In this document: positions 1 to 13,775 of the stretch, piece after piece
Layout: each line of letters starts with the position of its first letter
How positions within the stretch are numbered: the first letter of the stretch is position 1
NCBI RefSeq assembly: GCF_009914755.1
Contig: NC_060929.1
Length of the DNA stretch: 64,000 bases
Reading direction: 5' to 3' (one strand)
From: the human T2T-CHM13v2.0 reference genome, Homo sapiens
Translations under genes and position numbers: made by a program
The notes under the pieces: model-generated
What the model saw: the letters and a program-made list of their open reading frames with translations, nothing else
What the model was told of the DNA's origin: nothing
The model's database searches: none

Positions 1-179
1 GGTAATAAAAAAACTCGGTAGAGAGAGTTGTCTACCATTCTCATAGCAAAGGTCATTCTTCTTTGGTGAACTGGCTGTCTAAAGTCATCGAAGGTGTCAT
101 CATTTCCTTTAAAGAGTCAGGTGACTGTGTTCTTGGAGAATTTCAATTTAGTGAATTACATGCTACCAATTAGATCAAG

Positions 180-330
180 AGCACCACTTTTTTCCTACTT
201 CGTCTCTCCCTCCCTCCTGTTTCTCTCTCATATTCCTTCTACTTCCTGTTCTCTCTCTTCCTCTTCTTCTTCTTTATAAACAGCTGTCAGTGCCTAGTTG
301 ATTAGCCTCCGGTTTCACCCACACGCAGTT
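180..330. promoter_or_regulatory. Candidate cis-regulatory or core-promoter motif cluster in non-repeat sequence
   Basis: Palindromic TTTATAAA (273-280) abuts CAGCTGTCA (E-box overlapping a MEIS/TGIF TGACAG site on the minus strand). ETS-type ACTTCCTG at 241-248 and a CT-rich tract at about 190-272. Motif evidence only. Confidence 0.25.
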
Positions 331-867
331 ATTTTCCAGGTGCTAGCACTGCACCCTGCATGCATAGCTTTGTGATAAACTTTATACATTTAGTCTGCAT
401 CTGTAAATGTGAAAGCTTTCATTTAATTGGAGAAATGTTCAATACGTCTAGCTGACGCTGTGCCTAATGTAAGAAAGTGAAGAGTTGTAGCAAATTTAGG
501 CAAAATAACTATTATTAAACAGAAAGTTATTTTTCTTTTGGAAGAATCATTTATATTTATTAAAAATCTCAATTTACTACACAATTTACCAACTATTCAA
601 ATACTCACTTTAAAGTATATAGAATAAACACCTTTTATTTCTCACTCATTCAAATATTATAACTAGTTGATACCTTAAAAAAACTGAGTTATAGTGGTTT
701 TCTATTATTGGTCTATTTATTCAAAAGCCTAGTTTATCTCTCATTTCTTGTTATTATTTGTCTAATTTTGTCAGAATTTTGGAATTGTTTCAATAAGGAG
801 ATGGTTACATTCCAATAAGGAGTTAACTAATGAATAGTTCCAAATATCAATGTTAGTATTCTTTTAG

Positions 868-916
868 TGGAGTTTAAGAATCCGTCCCAAGGGCTTGTCT
901 AGAAAAGGATTTACAG
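868..916 (+). other. Candidate 49-nt exon
   Basis: Flanked by cttttAG (861-867) and a consensus donor CAG|GTAAGT. One open frame, WSLRIRPKGLSRKGFT. No protein recognised. Confidence 0.25.
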
Positions 917-1123
917 GTAAGTAATCTACTATTTTCTGAAAAGTGTTGTTTCTAATGATGATACACATTTGGTAAATTATTGACATAAACCTAAAAAAAA
1001 TTTTTTTCAACATTACCAATGTTATTGGCTGATGACAGGGTTCAACTACCTATTTGTTCAGATATTTTGGGAAATTCTAACTGCATTTTCTAATCTGTTT
1101 ATCAGCAAAAATCCTAGCATTTC

Positions 1124-1595
1124 TATGGTAGGCTAAATAATGACCCTGAAGATATTCACACCCTAATCCCAGGAACAGGTACATGCTACCTTACTTGACA
1201 AAAGAGACTTTGTAGATGTGACTAAGTATCTTGAGATGGGGGATTACTTGTCTTATCTAGGTAGACCCTAAATGCAATCACAGTTACCCTTAAAAGAGAG
1301 AAGCAGAGATAGATTTGACTACAGTGAGGGAGAAGGCGATGGGACTATGGAAACAGAGAGTGGAGAGATGCAGCCAGGAGCCAAGGACTGTGGGCAGCCT
1401 CTAGAAATGGCAAAATCAATGACCATAATCCTCCGCAAAGCTAATAGACATAACCAGGCTTGTTAATACTTTGACTTTATCCCAGTGAAACTGTCAGACT
1501 TCTGGCCTTTGTAAGTGTTAAGAGAATAAATTTGTGCCATTTTAAGCCACCAAGTTTGCGGTAACTTGTTATAGCAGCAATAGGAAACTAGTCCA
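1124..1595 (+). mobile_element. ERVL-MaLR solo LTR, MLT1D-like
   Basis: Starts tatggtaggctaaataatg..., contains ccctaatcccaggaac and ttgagatggg, ends tttaagccaccaagtttgcggtaacttgttatagcagcaataggaaacta. Confidence 0.85.
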
Positions 1596-2766
1596 ATATT
1601 CTTTAAAATCCCTTCCCCACTAAAAAGCTACACAGTCACTGTAAGCCAGTAAATAACTGATCACACATGTATAGAATATTTGCTGGTAATCATATGTCTG
1701 TGCTTTATATTTTAATAGTCAATTTTTGTTTTAGTATTTTGTTTAGTGAGCTTATACATATATATGTATATGTATATATTCTAACTTGCATTTATTTCCC
1801 TTTTAATTCTCACAAAGAAATCACCAACATTTCTCCGTCCATCTACCTGCAATGTAAACAACTCATCTGGTTTTTAAGCATAATTCATTTTGTAAGTGAC
1901 CTTGTACAGTTAAAATGATTTTAATAAGGTATTCATCACGAAGACATTTGGCTACATAACAATAAAACATCTTCTGCTTTGCAGATAGAATATCTAAAAA
2001 TTCAGAGAGGAGATGTCCCTGTCTTAAAATCTGCCTGACATTTCACAATCCATATTTGGTTGGGTAGAATTTATTTTAGCTAGTTGAAAGAAAATACATG
2101 CCTTGTAAACCCTGAGGTGCCATCTTAGTAGCAGATTGCACAGGAAGTCTCTCATCACGCTTGTTATAGAAAACTATTGTTTCATCACTTTGCTCTCAGA
2201 TTCATAATCTTGAAGTGCATACACATTAAAAACATATTCATAAAACAATTTAATAATTATACTCAGCAGAAAGTGTGTATGAACCCGTCTCTACGTGTAC
2301 TTAATCTTTTTTATAAACACTAATAACTAGTCATGAAAAAGGGGATCATCTCAGTCTTTGCATGTCAGTTTTTTGCCATAAAGGTGGAATATTGGGCTGC
2401 ATTATCTCTCTTGTCTGTAAATATTCCCAGGATACTACTTTTTTATGGTTAAATCAATAAAAAGATTCTCTTTGTGACTGTTACCTCCAAACTGTGGTGC
2501 CCACCCTGTAAGCCTGGTTCAAATCAATGAGGAACTGATTTGATTCCACAAGCAAAAAATTACATCCAGTTAGTAATTCTCAGAGAGATGATTAACATTC
2601 TTTTAAAAAAACATACAAGAAATAGAAGTAAATTCTTCCAAGTGAATATGCTTGTATAAACGATCTGCAGTTATGACTGTTAAGAAAATTGCACACACTT
2701 CTTAATGACCCATGAATGTCCTCATGAGGTTATGCAGACTCCTGTAACTTCCACATGTATAATTCA

Positions 2767-3311
<545 letters not shown>

Positions 3312-3452
3312 TTATGCCAGGAACTGAGACCTATATTTTCTTTTAGAATTATTCACTGGATTTTATTTCTAATTAAATGAACATTTCAAGCCAAAGCATA
3401 ATTTTTTTCTTGGGAATTTAATCATATAGTACAAGTCAATATTTGCACAGAA

Positions 3453-3700
3453 TTTTTTTTTTTTTTTGAGACGGAGTCTCACTCTGTCACCAGCCTAGAG
3501 TGAAGTGGTCTGATTTCGACTCACTGCAACCTCCGCCCCCCGAGTTCAAGTGATTCTCCTGCCTCAGCCTCCTGAGTAGCTGGGACTACAGGCGCGCACC
3601 ACCACTCCCAGCTAATTTTTGTGTTTTTAGTAGAGACGGGGGTTTCACCATGTTGGCCAGGATGGTCTTGATCTCTTGATCTCGTGATCTGCCTGCCTCA
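3453..3700 (-). mobile_element. 5'-truncated Alu (AluSc-like)
   Basis: Poly-T, then gagacggagtctc ... gatctcgtgatctgcctgcctca. Roughly the first 50 nt of the Alu are missing. Confidence 0.95.
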
Positions 3701-4460
3701 GATTTTAAGAGGTAGGTTGTTCAGAGTGCCACAAAATAAGGAAGGAAAAAAAAAGAACACTTACATGGAATTTGACTTCAATGCCTAAGGACCCCCCCAA
3801 AATAAGCTGCAGACAATTTTCCCCTGAAGCATCACATGAAAGTGGGCAATTAAGGTGGGCCCCCACCTTGGCGGCTGCCAATGCTGCCCCTGCATACTCG
3901 TTGTCCCTGGGAATCTAGTCCTCCAAAATGTTAAAAGGGTATGCTGTGCGCTCCACTCTCTTTATTCTCTTCCTCTCTAAACTGAACACTTCCTCCTTCA
4001 TGCCACAGACCGCTGTGGCAGCCAAACTTGGCAACATTTCCATTAGGACGCCTAAAACTGTGTCATTACATTTTGGGTCCCATATTTTCCCCTTTTAAGT
4101 TGTTCTAACATAAAAGCCTCTTACTGAGATTAGGGAGAGGAACGTGGTAAATCATTACAGCTCAGTATTTGCTACATGCAAAATCAAAGGTATAGCCTTG
4201 GAGGCAGACGAGAAATACAAACCTGCATGAGAAAAATATTGTGCCCTTATGTTCCAGAACAGTCCATACAGTTCACTTATTTAGTGCCTATTATCTGAGA
4301 GTGTGGCCTATGACTTGGGGCAATTGGGGCATAGCATAAGTGGAGATGAGTAAACATGGCTGTTTTCAGTCACCTAGAGCCTCATACTGTGAATGTAAGC
4401 AGCATATTGAACAATTGAGATGAGAGATGCAACCTAAATGAAACTTATTTTTTAATTCAG

Positions 4461-4538
4461 TGGCGATATGCTTCACCCCCAAAAGGACGAAACCTTAAGT
4501 AGGTCTCCTCACTTGCCTGTTCCTTTATAGGAAATAAA
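4461..4538 (+). other. Candidate terminal exon
   Basis: Acceptor tttttaattcAG at 4460. TAA at 4496-4498 is in frame if spliced to 868-916. AATAAA at 4533-4538. Confidence 0.15.
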
Positions 4539-4568
4539 ATGTTTAATGGTCGCTTTACATTATAAATA

Positions 4569-4807
4569 CAGTTGACCGTTGAACAACATGGGTTTGAACT
4601 GCATGGTCCACTACTAATATGCAAAAATTTTAAACCAAATGCTTACTAAAAATGCAGAATTTGTGGCATGCCAAATCCAAATATATGGAGGGCTGACTTT
4701 TCTTATCTGTGAGTTCTGCAGGGCTGACTGCCAGACTGGAGCTTGCACGAATTTGGGTATACACAGGGTCCTTGAACCAATTCCCCACATATAATGAAAG
4801 ATGACTC
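4569..4807 (-). mobile_element. MER8 (TcMar-Tigger, non-autonomous)
   Basis: TA, then cagttgaccgttgaacaacatgggtttgaactgc... About 240 bp, ending in a degenerate TIR. Confidence 0.88.
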
Positions 4808-5407
4808 TACTGTCACATGTTATGATTAGAATATTCATTCCAAACTGTTAAACGACACCAGGAACCTGATGTCAGGTTTGCCTTTATCTTTGCCAGCTCT
4901 GGCCTGCTGGAGTGTGGGCTCTAGCACTGGGAAGAGGCAGGGTTGGTCTCTTCTCTTATTCCTCTGGCCAGTTTTTTTTTCAACTTCCACTCATAACCCT
5001 CTTGGGCTGTTTTGGACTTTTTCAGGGAAAGAGAAAGGATGAGAAGTGTGGAAGGATTTTCTTGAACAGGCAGATATTGGAACTTTCTTCTGTCACTTTA
5101 GTGAACTCTTTGCTACTTCCAGCACCCTGGGTCTTTTTGCTGCCATTCACTTTGCCTGGATAGGTGCTTCTGTACTCTGGGTGCTGGCTTGCCAGCCATT
5201 CCCAGGCTCCAGTCTCTGACATTCACCTCCAGCCTTTTGTATCCTGTTGAGCAGAACCCAAGACAGCTCTCTCTTTCATACCTCACATCTGCTCCTTGGC
5301 TCATTTTCACTTTCTCCTGCTGGCTCTGATAGAAACCTAGCAGTTCTCTGCATTTCCCCACTGCAAAGAATGTGTGTCAAAGCATTACTGTGAGTAATCT
5401 CAGAGAC

Positions 5408-5821
5408 TGTCTTAGCCCATGTTGTTGCTATAAAGGAATACCTGAGACTGATGAATTCATTTTGAAAAAAGGTTTATGTGGCTCATGATTCTGCTGGCTG
5501 GAAGTCTGGGCATCTGGTGAAAGCCTCAGGCTGCCTTTACTCATTGTGGGAGGCAAAAAAGAGCAGATGTGTGAAGAGATCACATGGTGACAGAGGAAGA
5601 ATGAGAGGCAGTGGGGTGGTGCCACACTTTTTTTTTTTTAACTACCAGCTCTTGTGGGAACTAATAGAGTGAGAACTCAGGCATTACCACGAGGGTGGCA
5701 TGGAGCCATTCATGAGGCATCTGCTCCCATGATCCAAACACCTTCCACTAGGCCCCACTTCTAAACTGGGGATCAAATTTCCTCATGAGGTCTGGAGGAG
5801 ACAAACATCTAGACTATAGCA
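5408..5821 (-). mobile_element. MaLR solo LTR, MSTB-like
   Basis: tgtcttagcccat...gctataaaggaatacctgagactg ... gatccaaacaccttccactaggcccc ... actatagca. 5-bp TSD gagac/gaaac. Confidence 0.88.
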
Positions 5822-6141
5822 GAAACTGACCTCTGTCCCACATCCGCTTGTCTCATGTATGAGGCAGCCTGCAAATGCCTCTCCTTTTGGGTGAGGACAC
5901 AAAGTTCAAAGACACCTTTCTCCAAAAACACATCTCTTCACTATCTATCTCCACTTTCTGCTTTCTTTTTTATAATTCTGATAGTACCATGAGGTCCTGG
6001 AGATAGAATCAATTCATAATTATTCCTGTATAGATTCCGCATTTGAGGATCTTTTCCCGCACTCAACTACCTATCTCATATCCATTGCATTCATACCTCA
6101 GTCTAAACAGAGACAACTCAGCTCTTAAAATCTTGATAGCA

Positions 6142-6460
6142 GGCCAGGTGCAGTGGCTCAAGTCTGTAATCCCAGCACTTTGGGAGGCCGAGGTGGGTGG
6201 ATCATGAGGTCAGCAGATTGAGACCATCCTGGCTAACACGGTGAAACCCCGTCTCTACTAAAAATACAAAAAATTTAGCCGGGCGTGGTGGCACGTGCCT
6301 GTAGTCCTAGCTACTCGGGAGGCTGAATCAGCAGGAGAATCGCTTGAATCCAGGAGGCCGAGCTTGCAGTGAGGCGAGATCGTGCCACTACCCTCCAGCC
6401 TGGGAGGCAGAGCAAGACTTCATCTCAAAAAAAAAAAAAAAAAAGAAAAAAAGAAAAAAA
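6142..6460 (+). mobile_element. Alu (AluY/AluSc8-like)
   Basis: Diagnostic accatcctggctaacacggtgaaacc and gagcttgcagtgag. Long A tail. Degenerate TSD aaaatcttgatagca/aaaatcgtgataaca. Confidence 0.96.
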
Positions 6461-7034
6461 AATCGTGATAACAAATACTCGCAATACAATGTGAAAAGTG
6501 AACCAATAGATACATCAGCAACTTATTAGGCTAGGAAAAGGTGGAAGACACTGGCCCTGTCTAGAAGTGAGTGGCTAGGGGGTGAAGAACAGGTCAATGT
6601 TGAAGACAACCAAACATTTGAGCAGGACCTTGGAGGAGGAGCTCTCTGGACTCAGAAGAAGGACTGTAAAGGTAAAGGCATAAAACAAAAGCTCTGAACT
6701 GGTGATCAGGACCTCAAGGTGGTAATGACTTTACGATTTGGGAATCTTTTTGGTGTGATTTGAAAGATTAAAAAACAGGATTCTTCTATCCTAACACTTC
6801 CTCTCTCTCCTTGCCACGTTAAGATGTGCAAACTCTCTGGTTCTCCAGAATCACTGTGGTTTCATGCATACTTTCTTAAGGCCAATATTAAATTTTATTT
6901 CAATCAATAACAAGGTATTGAATTATCAATATGTTTAAAAAACCATGTGAAAAACCTGAAGGCATTCAAACCTAAGTCCCTAAGAAGTGGACAATGAACG
7001 AGAGAAAGTAAGCCAGCTGCACAAAGAGAAAGAA

Positions 7035-7225
7035 ACATTTCACTGAGCACTGAATTGGTGCCAAATACGTTCTGTACAATTCCAGGTTGGGTATTTATTA
7101 TCTACATTTTAGAGATGAGGAAAAATGTAGACAGAAAGTGAAGTAATGGGCTAGATCTCAGAGACAGAAAGGGGAAGAATTTGAATTTGGATGTGCCTGC
7201 TCCAAGTCCCCTTTCCTTTCCATGA
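7035..7225 (-). mobile_element. MIR SINE remnant
   Basis: Core attatctacattttagagatgaggaaa ... agtgaagtaa ... gaatttgaa. Confidence 0.65.
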
Positions 7226-7356
7226 CGTATTCTGTTGTCCTTAAATGTGACAAATGCAAGCTGTAATCAAGAACGAATCTTAAGAAAGAGATAAAGTATT
7301 ATAAGCCTACAGAAAAGGATGGAGCTCATTTCAGTTTGAAGGACTAAAAGCAGTCC

Positions 7357-8482
7357 TTTTTTATTTTATTTTATTTAAGTTCCAGGGTACATGCTCAAGA
7401 TGTGCAGATTTGTTACATAGGTAAGCGTGTGACATTGTGGTTTGCTGCACCTATTAACCCATCACCTAGGTATTAAGCCCCACATGCATTAGCCATTTTT
7501 TCTGATGCTCTCCCCAACCCCCTGTCTTCCTCTGACAGGCCCCAGTGTCAATGTGTGTTGTTCCCCTCCCTGCGTCCATGCCTTCTCATTGTTCAGCTCC
7601 CACTTACAAGTGAGAACATGCAGTGTTTGGTTTTCTGTTCCTGCATTAGTTTGCTGATGATAATGGCTTCCAGTTCCATCTATGTCCCTGCAATGGACAT
7701 GATCTCATTCCTTTTTATGACTGCATAGTATTCCATGGTGTATATGTACCATATTTTCTTTATTCAGTCTACCATTGATGGCATTTGGGTTGATTCCATG
7801 TCTTTGCTATTGTGAATAGTGCTGCAATGAACATATGCATGCATGTATCTTTATAATAGAATAATTTATGTTACTTTGCCCACGTTTTAATAGGATTTTT
7901 TTCTTGTAAATTTGCTTAAGTTCCCTGTAGATTCTGTATATTAGACCTTTATCAGATGGATAGATTGCAAAAACTTTCTCCCATTCTGTAGGTTGTCTGT
8001 TCACTCTGATGATAGTTTCTTTTGCTGTGCACAAGCTCTTTAGCTTAATTAGATCCCATTTGTCAATTTTGGCTTTTTTTGCAATTGCTTTTGGCAATTT
8101 CATTATAAAATATTTGCCTGTGCCTATGTCCTGAATGGTATTGCCTCGATTTTCTTTTTGGGTTTTTATAGTTTTGGGTTTTACATTTAAGCCTTTAATC
8201 CATCTTGAGGTAATTTTTGTGTAAGGTGTAAGTAAGGAGCCCAGTTTCAATTTTCTGCATATGGCTAGCCAGTTCTCCCAGCACCATTTATTAAAGAGGG
8301 AATCCTTTTCCCATTGCTTGTTTTTGTCAGGTTTGCTGAAGGTCAGATGGTTGTAGGTGTGCAGTCTTATTTCTGAGTTATTTATTCTGTTTCATTGGTC
8401 TATGTGCCTGTTTTTGTACTAGTAGCATGCTGTTTTGCTTACTGTAGGCTGGTAATATAGTTTGAAGTAGGGCGGCATGATG
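7357..8482 (-). mobile_element. 5'-truncated L1PA (PA8-PA10-like) 3' end with an internal deletion
   Basis: T-rich tail, L1 3' UTR (ggtattaagccccacatgcattag) and ORF2 C-terminal remnant ([22 protein letters not shown] in ORF 7807-8250). Confidence 0.95.
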
Positions 8483-8846
8483 GAAGACAGCCCTTCTTGT
8501 AGGAAGATGGTGTTTGAAGGATGTAAAACAGGCAGCCCAAGACTTAACAAAGAAGTCAGTTGTGGCAGGAAGAAGAGGAAGAGTTTTCAGCACATGTAGG
8601 GAGAGGGGGAAAGCTGAGGGCCATTCCAGAAAAAGAAGAGTCTAGTTTGAATGCCATATGTCATGAGGTTTGGTGTATCTAGGAGATTTGTAAAATTTGA
8701 GGCTCTAAGGTCAGAATACATGGTATTCACTTAATTCAATGGAAAACAAAGACTTACTAATGTTTTTAGTAAAGGCATATAATAATTAAATCCGTGTTTA
8801 ATTGAATATAGATTCCCACACCTGCTGTGTGAAGCCTGAGTACAGG

Positions 8847-9066
8847 TACACACACTCACACACACACTCTCTCACACACACTCACACACACTGACACCCT
8901 CACACTTTCACACTCTCACACACACACTCCCACACACATTACACGCACACTCACACACTCTCACACACTCACACACACTCTCACATACACTTACACGCAC
9001 ACAGTCACACACAGTCACACACACACACTCACACACACTCACACACACACTCACACACTCTCTCTC
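8847..9066. repeat. Compound (CA)n/(CACACT)n degenerate microsatellite
   Basis: About 220 bp of CA runs interrupted by CT. Confidence 0.95.
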
Positions 9067-10234
9067 GGCTACCAAGCTTTCTAAAGAGAAAAGATAATGT
9101 ATTATTAAACTTTGTTTAACAAGAACTTTGTTTGCCTATGTGCACAGAGTTGGTATCAAAAATATTTTTAAAAATATTAAATAACTGACAGTGTAGATAG
9201 AGATATGAGGCCTTTCAACAAGCCAGTTAAAAACCATGTTATGGTAGTGCAGGGGAGACATAGTAAAATCTGGAAACAAGATAGATGAGTGAGATTTTAA
9301 ATGCACACTTTTCATGAATTAACAGGTAAATACACATCAAGAAAAAGTAACAATGGTTCAGAATACTGTAACTTTGGACTATAATTAGAGTGGGCCAGGT
9401 TACTTTAACTTTGGACATTTACAATGGCATTATGAGGAAAGAGAAAGTCAGAAGGCAGGTTCTATTTAATTTGGAAAGGGTGAATTTTTTATCCCTGTTT
9501 ATGAACTCACAAGATCAGTTTCTTGGCTTAGTTTGAGATCATGATAAAAAGAGAGTGGGTCTGGCAGGGTCAGACAACAGGCAAGTAAGACTAGACAAGG
9601 AGGAAAAAGAAGAGCATGTGACAGCAACGCGTTTCCCATGGAGGTGGGGTTTGGGTGGAGGTGACGGGATCTCAAAGGAAGGCCTTCTTTATACAGTTTA
9701 TTGTCTTCACCAAGATTGGCACGAAGAATAGCAGTAAAAGGTGAGGCTGAAAGTGCTCCAGGCTCTTGTCAGGAAAAATCCATTATTTTTCCAAAGCAAG
9801 AAGGAACCAGGCATTGATATTTAAAATTGCCTTTAAACAAGAGTAAGCAATGATAGATGAAGAGAGACTTGAGTAGCAGAAAAAGAAAATGAATAGAACT
9901 AATGTTAGGTAGCAGGAAAATACTAAGTGATTAATTCTGAACACATTGTAGAGGAACAGGCATCATTATTTCCTCTGCTCTGATTGTGATGAAGGACGAG
10001 AGGAAGGCAGGCAAGGCTGGCAGTGCTATAATCCAGAAAGATGAGGATGCAGACTACCATGTTCTTAGTAGAAAGAGAAGGAATCCCTTTCATAAATGAG
10101 ACAAAATCCCACCAAATGAAAACATTCTCAAAACTAGAGGGCACTTTAGTTTTATTTTAGATTATTGCAATACTGTAGACAATAATGTGCACCAAAACCT
10201 CAAGAAAACTCCCCCTGTGGGTCAGCATGAGGAG

Positions 10235-10420
10235 TTCTGGGCATAAGTTCTTGAGGCAGGCTGCCTGGACTTTCTTCTAGCAGGTGATATGATGTTTGAC
10301 AGATACCCCAGCTCTCTGCTTCTCAGATTTTTAATCTTTAAAATGGGCATAGAGTAGTGCCTACCTCAGTAATGAGATACTCAAATTTGTTTTCATATGT
10401 AAAGTGCTTAGAATAGTCTT
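10235..10420 (+). mobile_element. MIR SINE remnant
   Basis: ggcaggctgcctgg ... tctcagatttttaatctttaaaatggg ... tgcctacctca ... atgtaaagtgcttagaatag. Confidence 0.7.
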
Positions 10421-12539
10421 TGTTAAATAAACATAAATAAAGGTACTTGTGGGAAAAAGGTGATTCTAAATTCAAACTATAAATTTCAGTGTAAAGACGA
10501 TACAACAAGGACCCTCCTTCTCACCTAGAAATAACTTTAGTTCTGAAAGCTCTCCAAACTTACTAACTTTTTTTAGACCTTCCAATTTCTTGAGAATTAC
10601 TGAAGCCCAGAGAAATCAAAGTTGAAACTCAGGGACAGAATTGGTACCCTAGGTTAATTCCAATTTTTCCAAAATCCTTAAAATAGTACCTGGGGCTCTA
10701 CTCCTGACAACAACAAAAGAAAGACTAGATAAGGAATTAAGAAGGAATGATGAATATAAAATGAAATAATATTTATGTATATATTATCGTGATTTCTCCA
10801 CTCTTAAAACATTTTCCATATCTCTATTGCAAGCAAGAAGATTTCATTTTAAATTGGATCCTGAGGGTTAAGCAGAATCAATAAGGAACTTCAGAGTGCA
10901 CAGAACTTAAATTATCAATATTCTCTGGGACAATAAAATTTATCATCATGCCTACCCTAGAGTGAAATTATTTTGCTTAGAAATCATCAGAAACATAAAT
11001 AATGAAGATCCTCACCACAGAGATTTATATTTATATCATGTTCAAAACGTAAAAGATTTTTGGAGGTAAAAACCCAAGGCAAAAAGTTCTCAAAATACAG
11101 TTATGAAATGAGCTTGATGATTTTTGAAAGGTATATAATTTTGCAAGTGTTAAGGACTCAGTACTTCTACAAAGATAACCTTAAGAGAGCATTCAATCAT
11201 GAAAAAATATAACAGGCTTAGTCACTTGTTTTCCCCTAGAGTCCACTATTCAGCACAGTTACATATTAAGTGTCCTTGATCTAACCCCAATACTCACACC
11301 TTAGTATTCATGCATACATATCCATTGATTGTTTTATTTGTGAGTGTGACCCAGAGCAAGTTTCACGATTCCAGGTTTACTATAGGGCAAAACGAGTTAT
11401 AGTTAATAAAGCCTTTTATTACCTAAGTGCAATCCGCCACTAGCTACACCTGCAAAGAAACATTTTTGGCATGGTAGGTGTGGGAAAAGGACTGAAAAGG
11501 GAGGAAATGATGAGGAATTGAGCAAGACAAATAAGATGATACTAAATAATCATGACATGAAATTGTTATTATTTTAAAAGCTCTATGTAAGGTGAGTGCA
11601 AACACCTATCCAACTATTCACTGCTTTATCTGAGATTTGGCTCTCAGAAGATTATGTTTGATTTAACAGTATGCTAATATTGATAAGATAATCATTGTAG
11701 TATGCTTTAAAGTTCTCTTTTTTGAACACTTCTTTGACTTTATTTGCATAAATCTTACATATGCTTTGCATTCAACAGACCAAATGCTGTGTCTTGATCA
11801 TAAGAATGGGAGGCAGATGGTCCAAAACATGGCTGAGATGTCTCTGGAACGCTTACCAACTTGGGGACATTAGGTTGGTAAATATATGTTTCTCTGTATA
11901 TCAGACAGTGACAATAATATTTCCTCTCATAGTTGTTTAGGAATTAAATGAGACAAGTATGTAAAACATGTAGACAGAGCAGAGATGCTGTCAGTACCCG
12001 CAACGAGGAAATTGCACCTTGCCAAGATTAAATGACTTTTAATTTAGAAAGAAAGTCTCACAGGGGATGAGGGTCATAGCCAAGCTGAGTAATCAAGTTT
12101 GTCTTATCTCTGGCCATAGTTTTCTAAAAGCACTAGACATTATAAAACTTGGCTTTTTATTCTGATTTTGGGCACTTCACAACTTTTTGTCTGATTTCCT
12201 AACCTCAAATGTAATGATAGATTGAGGACTTGAAACTGACAAATTGGATTTGACTAATGCTGAAATAACTGATCTCCACTGCAGTTGCTGCAGAGCTTGT
12301 AGAAGTGACAGAAACATGTGAGACCATGACAACAAAAACTCCTCATCAGTGCGTAGCTACTGGACACTTAGTGGCAAACGCAAGTATCATGACATTGCAC
12401 ACATGTCTAGGATGGTGACGGTATGCATATTTCTTGAAATAATGTGTGTGCTTTATTTTGCAAAACACCATATTGAAGGATATGTGTGGAGTAAGATGGC
12501 GGTAATTCTCAACATAAAAATTGTTGAGATAATTTTTAG

Positions 12540-13345
12540 TGAATATTTTATTATTTATTAAAATTATTAAAATGCCAACAATACAGAAGTATATAATAAT
12601 GGCAATAAAATTCATTAATAATTTTACCTACCCGAAACTATTATTTTGAATTCTTAGATTTTTTTTGTATTGTATATGTAGCTCCCCCACCCCTTTCTTT
12701 CTTCCCTAGTGGTAATTATTACCATAATACAGGTGCTAATCATTCCCAAGTGCCATTTTGTAATTTGTATTACTATTAACAATACATAGTATTGTTTTAT
12801 GCTTTTAGAACTTACATAAGCTGTATGATAATGTACATATCCTTCTGCAACCTCTGAACTTTATATTACATTTTAGTTATTTATCCATGTTAGCACATAT
12901 AGGCCCAATTTATTTCTTGCTACTGTTATGGAATATTCCATTGTTTGAAGCAATTATACTTACTTGTGTAATTCTTGCTGAGAAGGAAATAAGCAGGTCC
13001 CCTACTTTGCTACAACAAACAATGCTATGGTGCAGATGCCCGGATGTGTTTCCTTGGGCCAACGCGGGAGTGTTTCTTCAGGACACAACACTGAATTGCC
13101 AGGTCATAGGGTATTTGCATCTTTAATTTCACTAAATGTTTTCTAATTGCTCCTTGAGGAGGTTTTATCAATTAATATTTTCACTGGCTGCATATTAGTG
13201 TCCCCTTTTTCTCACCACCATCAACAAATGGTTGTAGAAAGTTGAGAGTGATGCAATAACTTACTTTCCTGTTAATTTGCATTTTCCTTATTATAAGTGA
13301 TGGTCAAGAACTTTACACACAATAGTCAGTGATTCAAATTTCCGG
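12540..13345 (-). mobile_element. Old L1ME 3' region
   Basis: Diverged motifs ccttctgcaac, gaatattccattgt, aacaatgctatg, ttgccaggtcatagggta, ttaatttgcattttcc. Confidence 0.7.
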
Positions 13346-13349
13346 TGAT

Positions 13350-13660
13350 ATTCATTTTAGTGGATGATATCACCATCAATTTGGTTGCACCTGCCAGAAA
13401 TCTAGAGGTCATTCTTGGCCCTTCTGTCTCTCTCATTGACCATCAGGCTCTTTTGATTCTTCATCACATGTATGTTTCATTTCTTTTATTCATATCTCTG
13501 CCAGCATCCTGGCCCAAGCCACAATCCTTGGTCTACATACAACTACAGCAGGCTCCCAGCTGATACCCCACTCCCTAGTTTTGCCTCCTTACATTTCATT
13601 ATCCATCTAAACCATCAACTAGGATGATTGCTTTTAGAGGAAATTATGATCTTATGTTGT
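13350..13660 (+). mobile_element. L2 fragment
   Basis: caccatc...gttgcacctgccagaaatctagaggtcattcttg motif typical of L2. Confidence 0.6.
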
Positions 13661-13699
13661 TTTTTAGTTAAGTAGGTGAAATGAGCAGGCAACATAAAA

Positions 13700-13775
13700 A
13701 TCTCTCTCTGTCTCTCATACACACACACATGCATGCACACACACACACAGACACACACACAGACACACACACATA
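13700..13775. repeat. (CT)n/(CA)n microsatellite
   Basis: Read directly from the sequence. Confidence 0.9.

Noticed and set aside
1929-1970. Alternative terminal exon reading YSSRRHLAT-stop followed by AATAAA
   Set aside because: Weak polypyrimidine tract, and the phase does not fit the 868-916 candidate exon.
12350-12502. YY1 motif AAGATGGCGG (12493-12502) and a CTCF-like sequence near 12360-12377
   Set aside because: Single motifs only, and the CTCF-like site mismatches a core G.
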